Positions 19,205 through 26,278 of a stretch of 64,000 bases of DNA are shown piece by piece. Position numbers and translations under genes: made by a program. This stretch comes from Candidatus Entotheonellaceae bacterium (GTDB lineage Bacteria > Tectomicrobia > Entotheonellia > Entotheonellales > Entotheonellaceae): contig OZ250173.1 of assembly GCA_965238075.1 (NCBI GenBank), forward strand, positions 2,784,001 through 2,848,000, read 5' to 3'. Each line of letters starts with the position of its first letter. The stretch's first letter is position 1. Under the pieces are notes generated by a model that saw only the letters and a program-made list of their open reading frames with translations, searched no databases and had not been told where the DNA came from.

Positions 19205-20699
19205 GAGCCACTTGCAGAATTGCGTGTACGAGTGGGATTTTCTTTCTCCGTGTCAAGCACGGGGCAGGCTCTGGGGCTGATTGGTGGACATTGGGGCCGC
19301 TTTCTGATTCTGTTGAGTTGTCAAACAACCGAATCAGGAGGAACGACCCCAATGGCCTTACGTGAGATACTATCGAGTTACTGGTCTTGCTTTCAAGCGC
19401 TGCTGTTCCCGCAGCTTGAGGAAACGATCGGGGCGCTGGGGGAACGCCATCAGCGCTTCGTCATGGTGCTCGAATGGGTGCGGGTGGAAACGCTGCTGCC
19501 GTACCAGCACCGGCGTCGCGGCTGTCCGCCAAGCGACCGCGCGGCCTTAGCCCGCGCCTTCATCGCCAAGGCCGTCTTCGCGCTGGTTAGCACCCGGATG
19601 TTGCTTGATCGTCTGCGCCACGACAGCACCCTGCGCCGGTTGTGCGGCTGGCGTAGCGTCAAGCACATTCCGAGCGAGGCGACGTTTTCACGTGCCTTTG
19701 CCGAATTTGCCGACAGCGCCTTGTCGAGCCACCTGCACGAGGCGCTGATCAAACGCACCCAGGGTGAGCGTCTGGCAGGCCATATTTCACGCGATTCGAC
19801 GGCGATTGAAGGGCGCGAGAGACCGACCCCGAAGGCACCGCAGCCGGCCAAGCCGAAGCGAGGGCGCGGGCGTCCGCGCAAGGGCGAGGAGCGTCTCACG
19901 GAGCCGCGCCGTCTGGAGCGCCAGCGCAACATGACCCTGCCGGAGATGCTCGCCGACTTGCCGTACGCCTGTGACATTGGCGTCAAGCGCGACGCCAAGG
20001 GCTATCAGACGTCATGGAGCGGCTACAAGTTGCATATTGACGCGGCCGACGGCGCCATCCCGGTCAGTTGCCTGCTTACCTCGGCGTCGCTGCACGACAG
20101 CCAAGTCGCCATCCCGCTGGCGACCCTGACGGTGGGGCGAGTCCGCAACCTGTATGACCTGATGGACAGCGCCTACGATGCCCCGGAAATCCGCGCCCAC
20201 AGCCGCGCCCTGGGTCATGTTGCGATCATCGACGTCAACCCCCGCAGCGGCGCGCGCAAGCAGGCGCTGCGGCAGGAGACGCAGGCACGGCGTGCCTGTG
20301 GGTTGGTCCTGTCTGAGGAGAGACGTTACCACGAACGCTCGACCGTCGAGCGTGTCAATGGTCGCCTCAAGGATGAATTCGGAGGTCGCAGCGTGCGCGT
20401 GCGCGGCCATGCCAAGGTGCTGTGTCATCTGATGTTCGGGATTGTGGCGCTCACGGTTGATCAGTTGATGCGCTTGGTGACCTGAAGCTGGTCTCGCGGC
20501 CCCGTTTCCTCCATCCCGGCACGCACTGCTGTCCTGTACGCAGGGGGAGAGTTGCGTCCGCATCGCAAGACGGGAGCCGGAACTCGGCACCGCCATGGCT
20601 GAATTCGTGGCAGTTGGAACCACCGACGGCAAATGATTCACCGTACGGTCTCATGACAACCGCTCCGAGGCCAAACTAGCGGAGTTTTGCAAGTGGCTC
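19205..20699 (+). mobile_element. Complete IS, 1495 bp (IS5/IS1182-like DDE)
   Basis: Terminal IRs GAGCCACTTGCAGAA / GAGCCACTTGCAAAA; 4-bp TSD ATGC at 19201-19204 and 20700-20703. Confidence 0.92.
19352..20485 (+). CDS. DDE transposase (IS5/IS1182-like)
   Basis: PSEATFSR, RDSTAI, GYKLH, MDSAYD, RSTVERVNGRLK; AGGAGG RBS. Confidence 0.93.
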   Translation: MALREILSSYWSCFQALLFPQLEETIGALGERHQRFVMVLEWVRVETLLPYQHRRRGCPPSDRAALARAFIAKAVFALVSTRMLLDRLRHDSTLRRLCGWRSVKHIPSEATFSRAFAEFADSALSSHLHEALIKRTQGERLAGHISRDSTAIEGRERPTPKAPQPAKPKRGRGRPRKGEERLTEPRRLERQRNMTLPEMLADLPYACDIGVKRDAKGYQTSWSGYKLHIDAADGAIPVSCLLTSASLHDSQVAIPLATLTVGRVRNLYDLMDSAYDAPEIRAHSRALGHVAIIDVNPRSGARKQALRQETQARRACGLVLSEERRYHERSTVERVNGRLKDEFGGRSVRVRGHAKVLCHLMFGIVALTVDQLMRLVT

Positions 20700-20766
20700 A
20701 TGCGTCGTTTCCTTACGCTCCCAAGAGCGGTTCAAGACTGATTAACACCATACAAGGCTGCCGTAT

Positions 20767-20822
20767 CGTTATTACCGTCGCATGCCGGAATCCAGCGACC
20801 CCGGAGCCAATCCGGGGCAGGC
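20767..20822. repeat. Degenerate CGTC-type REP fragment
   Basis: GCCGGAATCCAGCGACCCCGG...CCGGGGCAGG matches, in reverse complement, the repeat at about 57200-57238. Confidence 0.65.
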
Positions 20823-21003
20823 TTCCCACCGCGTCAGAGTTCAGAGTAGCATATCAATTTGGCCTATCATCTGCTTTGGTTCGAGACCAACTTCTTTGCC
20901 GGCCGCGCGACCTATCCTATCAGGGCTTGGACTGCCCGTCACTTGGCGACCTTGATAGGTACGACCGCAAAGCGCCACGAAACCCAGGCGATAAACCGCC
21001 CCC

Positions 21004-21053
21004 ACGGGTTCGCGCCGCCCCGTGGAAATTTTGCGACGTCACGGAAAAAGTAC
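21004..21053 (+). repeat. About 50-bp direct repeat, copy 1
   Basis: 42/50 identical by eye to 23958-24007. Confidence 0.75.
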
Positions 21054-21102
21054 GACAGCGCCAGGGGTCGGGTAAGGAGGCGTCATCGCTGTACCCCCCA
21101 AG

Positions 21103-21245
21103 GTAGGGTCGAAAGCTGGCGCGGTGGCCACAGGGTCGGGGAGTCGCGGTTGGCCGGAGTTTCGCCATCTTCCGGTGCCTCAGTCCGTCCCTTAACCCCG
21201 TCCCCAGCTTCCGCCACGTCGTACGCAGCATGCGGATTTCCCACA
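21103..21245 (-). mobile_element. Group II intron 3' remnant (partial domain V plus domain VI)
   Basis: Minus strand GGGAAATCCGCATGCTGCGTACGACGTGGCGGAAGCTGG...ACCGCGCCAGCTTTCGACCCTAC; no RT ORF and no 5' domains. Confidence 0.8.
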
Positions 21246-21338
21246 GCCGAGGTTCCTTATAGGGAATCACTCACAAGGTGCGACTTCAGGTCGTCGCACG
21301 AAGCGCATATGAGAGCCGTCACGCGTTCGGCTCTGGAT

Positions 21339-21427
21339 GTAGGTCGGGTTAGCCGCAGGCGTAACCCGACATTCCGACGCGCTGTCCCCCGACCTCTGTC
21401 GGATTACGCTACGCTAATCCGACCTAC
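21339..21427. repeat. Inverted doublet of GTAG-family REPs (REPIN-like)
   Basis: GTAGGTCGGGTTAGCCGCAGGCGTAACCCGACA ... TGTCGGATTACGCTACGCTAATCCGACCTAC. Confidence 0.85.
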
Positions 21428-21615
21428 GGTTATACCGGTGCCGGGTTTGATCCCGGATCAAAGCCTGCCCCCGACTTGAATAGGGGGCCAGCGGTGATTC
21501 CTCCAGTCGGGTGAGGCCATATGCGCTTACCCTGATCCGTTGGGTGACGTGTTTGCGCTTTACCATTGGGTGTACTTCTCTCATTGAGTTATTCACCCGT
21601 GAGTGGGGTCACGCG

Positions 21616-21769
21616 ATGAACGATGCGCAACGCAACCTGCTTGCCAAATCCCTGGCCGACATTGCCAAGGGTGTCTTTATTGCTGCCCCTATCGCCCGCG
21701 GCACAGGCAAGATAACCCCGTGGGTGGGCCTGGCCGTCGTGGGTGGCGCAATGGGCTGCTACGTTAGTG
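21616..21769 (+). pseudogene. Small membrane protein gene interrupted by an IS (remainder at 23106-23128 and 23829-23843)
   Basis: Removing both insertions restores the ORF MNDAQRNLLAKSLADIAKGVFIAAPIARGTGKITPWVGLAVVGGAMGCYVSAHNLLAGGDRHD*. Confidence 0.75.
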
Positions 21770-23099
21770 CTGAGGTTTTGCAATCTGGCCTGACTATCGT
21801 AGAGTACGCGCCCTTTTCTTCCTACCTTCCAAGACTTCCGCAGGAGGCTCTCTTATGCCGACGACTGTGGACTTCCCAACCCTTGTGAAACAAGCATTGG
21901 CCCTTTTCGGCGATGTCTTTGACAACGAACCCGCCCGGCGGCATTTTGCTGAGTATCTCACCGGTTTGATGGTGGCAGAGCGTAAAAACATCAGCGCCAT
22001 CAATCGCCTATTTGCCGTTACGACGGATCAATCCTGCCTCAATCGCTGGCTGGTCGAGGCGTCTTGGGACGCGGCGGTGCTCAACGACCGCCGTCTGGCC
22101 TGGTTGCAGGACAACCCGAAGACCCGCTACAGCCCTCACGGCGTCATTGCCATTGATAATACCCTGGTCGATCACAGCGGCAAGCTCATTGAGGACGTGG
22201 GCTGGTTGTGGGACCATGCCCAGCAGCGCCACGTCATCGCCCACGACTACCTGATTTCCAACTACGTCTGTCCCTCAGGCAGTCATTATCCGATCGAGTG
22301 GCGGAGGTTCAGGAAAAAGGACAGCTGCCCGTCCGAGGACTTCAAGGATCACACGACGCTGTGCCTCGACTTGATTGACGATGCCCTGGCACGGGACATT
22401 CCCGGCGATTTCACCTTTGACAGCTATTTTACCCACGCCAAGATACTGAACCATATCCATGCGAAACAGCGTCACTACGTGGGGGCTCTGAAGCTTAACC
22501 GCAAGGTGGTCTTTGAGGGCCGAGAACAGAAGCTGCAAGAGGTGGCTAGCCAGATACCCTTTAGAGACAAGAAAGCGGTGCGTGCGGGCAAGCGCTGCTA
22601 CTGGTATTTCAGCAAACGGATGCGCCTTGCGACAGTGAGTCATCCGGTTCGCATCGTGTTGTTTTGGAAGGACCGTTTTGCGACTGAGGCGAGCAAGGCC
22701 TTGGTGAGCAACCGGGTGGTTTGGGAGGTACTTCGCATGTTGAGGGTGTACCGCCATCGTTGGACGGGCACCGAGACCTTTCATCGGGATGGCAAGCAGC
22801 AATTGGGGCTAGGAGATTGTCAGGTGCGCAGCGGCAAGGGCCAGACCCGCCACGTGTATCTTGTCAGCGCCGCGTACAGTCTTCTGATGCACGCCATGCA
22901 CGCGAGCAGTCCGCATGAATGGACTCGTCGAACGCTGACGACGATTGGCGAAGCCTGTCGGGCGGTGAAGGGAGAACTTCTCGAACGCTTGGTGGACTGG
23001 ATCGTGGACAAACTAAGCGATGACGACTGGTCCATGTCACAGATTAAGGCTGTCTTGGCTCAGGCGTGACCGGGTAGAAGGCAAAATGCAAAACTCCAG
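21770..23099 (+). mobile_element. Complete IS, 1330 bp (IS701-like)
   Basis: Imperfect IRs CTGAGGTTTTGCA / CTGGAGTTTTGCA; TSD TTAGTG at 21764-21769 and 23100-23105. Confidence 0.9.
21855..23069 (+). CDS. IS701-family DDE transposase
   Basis: YLTGL..ERKN, IAIDNT, FDSYF, YRHRW..ETFHRDGKQQLGL; AGGAGG RBS. Confidence 0.92.
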   Translation: MPTTVDFPTLVKQALALFGDVFDNEPARRHFAEYLTGLMVAERKNISAINRLFAVTTDQSCLNRWLVEASWDAAVLNDRRLAWLQDNPKTRYSPHGVIAIDNTLVDHSGKLIEDVGWLWDHAQQRHVIAHDYLISNYVCPSGSHYPIEWRRFRKKDSCPSEDFKDHTTLCLDLIDDALARDIPGDFTFDSYFTHAKILNHIHAKQRHYVGALKLNRKVVFEGREQKLQEVASQIPFRDKKAVRAGKRCYWYFSKRMRLATVSHPVRIVLFWKDRFATEASKALVSNRVVWEVLRMLRVYRHRWTGTETFHRDGKQQLGLGDCQVRSGKGQTRHVYLVSAAYSLLMHAMHASSPHEWTRRTLTTIGEACRAVKGELLERLVDWIVDKLSDDDWSMSQIKAVLAQA

Positions 23100-23266
23100 T
23101 TAGTGCTCACAATTTGCTTGCCGGAGGTGGCTTTGCATAAAATGCCGCTGATTCACGGGACCTTTTGTGCAAGATGACTTCCTGCACAAAACCCGGTTGG
23201 ATATAGGCTTTCTCCGCCGAAGTCCGACAAACCCGGCACCAACCAAGCCGGAATACCGTCAGCCTG

Positions 23267-23275
23267 TGATACAAT
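23267..23275 (+). promoter_or_regulatory. Extended -10 promoter inside the cassette
   Basis: TGaTACAAT about 35 nt upstream of the passenger ATG. Confidence 0.5.
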
Positions 23276-23309
23276 CTCTCGATTTTCACCATGCCGGGGG
23301 CCCCTCACC

Positions 23310-23723
23310 ATGCAGGACTGGATCAAAGAAAACAGCATTCCCATTACGATTGTCATCTCGACTGTCGTCGCCCTTGCCACAGTCTTGACCGTCATCCAGA
23401 CCTCCACCAATTCAATCCACTACCGACTCGACGACATGAACCACCGCCTGAACGACATCAGGGCCGAGATGAACCACCGCTTCGATGCCCAAGACAAGTA
23501 CATCAACCAGCGCTTCGACGCCGTAGACCACCGCTTCGATGCCCAAGACAAGTACATCAACCAACGCTTCGACGCCGTAGACCAACGCCTGGAGGGCCTG
23601 GAAAATGACGTCTCGGAACTCCGCCAACTCACCGTCAGCATCAGCGAACGCGTCTCCCACAACGAAGGACAAATCGACGTCATCAGGCAACAACTCCAGA
23701 CCGCCGACGCGCCCTCGCCCTGA
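23310..23723 (+). CDS. Membrane-anchored coiled-coil protein (cassette passenger)
   Basis: N-terminal hydrophobic helix, RFDAQD/RFDAVD repeats, C-terminal ERVSHNEG. Confidence 0.85.
   Translation: MQDWIKENSIPITIVISTVVALATVLTVIQTSTNSIHYRLDDMNHRLNDIRAEMNHRFDAQDKYINQRFDAVDHRFDAQDKYINQRFDAVDQRLEGLENDVSELRQLTVSISERVSHNEGQIDVIRQQLQTADAPSP
23473..23584 (+). repeat. Intragenic 54-bp tandem duplication
   Basis: Two units starting at 23473 and 23527, differing by one synonymous base (CAG/CAA). Confidence 0.92.
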
Positions 23724-23835
23724 ACGCAGCGTAAGCTCACCCGACGTCCACAGGTCCTGACGGTAACCACGTCGGACACGACTGGCCTTTTGTGCAAAAC
23801 CGGCTCTCTGTGCAAAGCCGCCGGAGGTGACCGTC

Positions 23836-23940
23836 ATGACTGAGTTGGATGTGGTCGGCCTCGTCTTCTGTGCCCTGGTGATTGTTGGCCTTGTGTGGTC
23901 CATCATGGATGCCCGTAAGCGCAAAGCCAAATCCAAGTGA
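23836..23940 (+). CDS. 34-aa single-TM protein with basic tail
   Basis: MTELDVVGLVFCALVIVGLVWSIMDARKRKAKSK*; GGAGGT RBS 7 nt upstream; below the ORF-track size cut-off. Confidence 0.7.
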   Translation: MTELDVVGLVFCALVIVGLVWSIMDARKRKAKSK

Positions 23941-23957
23941 TAGCCGGATCCACGGAA

Positions 23958-24007
23958 ACGGGGTCACGCCGCCCCGTGGAAGTTTTGCGACGGTGCGAAA
24001 AAAGTGC
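23958..24007 (+). repeat. About 50-bp direct repeat, copy 2
   Basis: Matches 21004-21053. Confidence 0.75.
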
Positions 24008-24481
24008 TGAAAAAAGTGCTGAGGATGTTTGACATGCGCGACAATCCCGTATAGAAGGGACGTAAGCCAACAATTTAACAAGGCGTTGCACGCTGGGACG
24101 GGTCGCGTTCCGGCACCCGCTATGGGCCGCTGGCGCATGGCGGGTGGGCATGGTCGCAACTCTGGGATGGTCAACTCGGAAATTCTACCGCCATGTGGTC
24201 TATTGACGGTAGTATCCAAACCGTGGTAAATATGCCCACCTTGTTAACCGGACGCTAACACGAACCAAATGGCGGCGTACCGGAGGGCAACCTGGAAAGG
24301 CAGAGGGGGACAAGTCTTACAACGTGTTGCGATGCCAATAGCCAGGAACGCCGTAACACCCCAGCGTGCACCTCCGGTGCGGTACGATGGGTGTTGAAGG
24401 GTGACCATCGGGCAAGCTTGTAACGAGGTGCTGCCAACCTAAGGACCAACGTAACGTAGGCCACACAAAGGAGTCCAGTCC

Positions 24482-25972
24482 ATGACCTATGTATCTCGAG
24501 TACTCGTTCTACTGTTAGTAGGGCTTTTCATGATGAGCGCGTCGGCTTCGGCCGACGACCGGCTGACGGTTAGCGGTAACATGGATTTCCGTTTTCTCAT
24601 GTTGGAGAACTATTCCAATGCTGATCGCAACTACACGGACGCGGTGCTGGGGGGAGACGGTAACGTCCTTCAACAGCGGGGCGATGAGGATTCGCTGTCA
24701 TTTCTTCACCAGCGCCTCAATTTGAGGTTTTCGGTAGAGGCGTTGGAAAACACCAAGGTTGTTCTTCAGACGCACGTGGATAAGGCGTGGGGTCTACACA
24801 CCTACGAAATCGGCGTTGGCTCCTACAGTAGCGACAACTGGGCGGTTGAAGGGTACTGGTTGGAAGGCCTGATTCCAGGCACCGCGGCGAAGTTCGAGCT
24901 TGGTGTTCCTTATTTCGCTGCCGAGTCCGGCGGGTGGGCTGCAGCCAACAAGATTTTTAACACCGCTGCCCCCGGCGCAACCCTGAGCGCCCCGCTCGGT
25001 GACACGATCAGCACCTACACGTGGTTTTCGTGGATCGGGTCGGACCTTGACGGCTATCTTTCGGCCTACGGTGGCCAGGATGCTCATGGCGACGACTGGG
25101 CTCTCGGGACCCGTGCCACCTTCACGCTTGCGGAAGGTCTGGAGGCTGATTTAATTTATGCCTACCATTTCACGGAATGCGGTCGAATGGAGAGGGCAGC
25201 GCAAGAGACGCCCACGGGCTGTGATACGGGCGCTTTATACGGTTCGGGCAGCAATACCGCGCATGAGGAAAACCGCCACTGGATCGGCAGCACCGTGCGT
25301 TACGATTATGGCGATTTCAGCTTTTCGCCTACCCTGATCCTGTATATGGCCGATGATGAGCTGGCGGGGAAAACCGAGTCCATGCTGGTCGACGTGCGCG
25401 CCAGCTACGACATGGGCCCGCTGTCGCTTTCGGGCCGGTTTGTGTACACGCCGGGTAGTGGAGTCAACTCGGATGGCACACAGCGCACCGACAAGGACTA
25501 TGACGTGATCGGTGTCTGGGGCATCCCTCATGCTAGCCAGTGGTTTAGCTTGTTTGGCAATTCCTCCGGCAGTCCCACCTTTAACGACTTGGGGCCCCTG
25601 CTGGTCGGCGATTCCGTTCAGGGGAACATCAGGCACGAGAGCTTCGGTCTGGTGCACTTCGCCGCCAAGGCAGAATATACGCTGACCCCGCAGACGTCCA
25701 TTGGGGCGGCCTTGGGTCTCTTCAATACTGCCGAAGATACTTCAGGTATGCCGAGGGATTCGGCGCTGGCGGCTACCTACGCTGGTGGGTCGAACCTTGC
25801 GACCGAGGTCGACGTGTGGCTGCATTATAATCTCTACTCCAACACCACCATTTCCTTTTTCGTGGCTTATGCCATGATGGGCGACGCTCTGGACCTGACG
25901 ACGACGGATGGCACGACGTACGAATCCCAGGACGCGATGGGCGCCGGTGGCAGAGTGGTTTACAGCTTCTAA
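24482..25972 (+). CDS. Outer-membrane beta-barrel protein / porin
   Basis: Signal peptide (ASA-D), alternating amphipathic strands, C-terminal YSF; AAGGAG RBS. Confidence 0.85.
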   Translation: MTYVSRVLVLLLVGLFMMSASASADDRLTVSGNMDFRFLMLENYSNADRNYTDAVLGGDGNVLQQRGDEDSLSFLHQRLNLRFSVEALENTKVVLQTHVDKAWGLHTYEIGVGSYSSDNWAVEGYWLEGLIPGTAAKFELGVPYFAAESGGWAAANKIFNTAAPGATLSAPLGDTISTYTWFSWIGSDLDGYLSAYGGQDAHGDDWALGTRATFTLAEGLEADLIYAYHFTECGRMERAAQETPTGCDTGALYGSGSNTAHEENRHWIGSTVRYDYGDFSFSPTLILYMADDELAGKTESMLVDVRASYDMGPLSLSGRFVYTPGSGVNSDGTQRTDKDYDVIGVWGIPHASQWFSLFGNSSGSPTFNDLGPLLVGDSVQGNIRHESFGLVHFAAKAEYTLTPQTSIGAALGLFNTAEDTSGMPRDSALAATYAGGSNLATEVDVWLHYNLYSNTTISFFVAYAMMGDALDLTTTDGTTYESQDAMGAGGRVVYSF

Positions 25973-25997
25973 TCTAACCCCCGCCAAGTAGGGTTCG

Positions 25998-26037
25998 ATG
26001 GCCGACGGCTTCCCCAGCCGTCGGCCATTGTTGTTTC
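25998..26037 (+). terminator. Intrinsic terminator
   Basis: 13-bp stem ATGGCCGACGGCT / AGCCGTCGGCCAT followed by TGTTGTTT. Confidence 0.8.
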
Positions 26038-26048
26038 AGCGCCTTGAT

Positions 26049-26079
26049 GTAGGTCGGATTACCGAAGCGTAATCCGACA
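26049..26079 (+). repeat. GTAG-family REP
   Basis: GTAGGTCGGATTACCGAAGCGTAATCCGACA. Confidence 0.85.
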
Positions 26080-26278
26080 TTCCATCATTCCATGCACCTT
26101 CCTCGAGCGCTACCCGAAGACTGGCCTCTCCTCACCTTCTTCAACCAACCACCGCGGTCTCACTTGGCCGGTGTCCTGCCAAGCGACCGCACACACAAAG
26201 ACGAGCCAAGGTTGACTTAGCAGCCCGTCTTCCGACACTATGTCCTACCGCAAAGCACCGACCCACAGGGGAAATACC

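Larger units (their letters stand above)
23129..23819. mobile_element. 691-bp non-autonomous insertion cassette with one passenger gene
   Basis: IRs GGCTTTGCATAAAATGCCG / GGCTTTGCACAGAGAGCCG; exact 9-bp TSD GCCGGAGGT at 23120-23128 and 23820-23828; no transposase inside. Confidence 0.85.

Noticed and set aside
19181-19351. ORF-track N-terminal extensions of the transposase (also of murB, rsmH, the MFS at 57216 and the 26605 ORF)
   Set aside because: They cross element ends or overlap neighbours; downstream starts fit better, several with clear RBSs
20687-21596. ORFs 20687-21106, 20859-21479, 20920-21270 and 21414-21596
   Set aside because: They run across REP and intron-relic sequence with no RBS or protein-like composition
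20681-23097. Shared GGAGTTTTGCA 11-mer at the right ends of the two IS, suggesting a composite transposon
   Set aside because: Opposite orientation relative to the element ends; each IS has its own TSD and a different transposase family
23473-23584. Tandem repeat as a possible CRISPR array
   Set aside because: No spacers, in-frame coding repeat, no cas genes
21004-24007. 50-bp repeat pair as DGR template/variable repeats
   Set aside because: Mismatches are not confined to adenines of one copy, neither copy is in a gene's 3' end, and there is no reverse transcriptase
24340-24354. AGCCAGGAACGCC resembling a cobalamin riboswitch B12 box
   Set aside because: Upstream conserved elements of the class are absent
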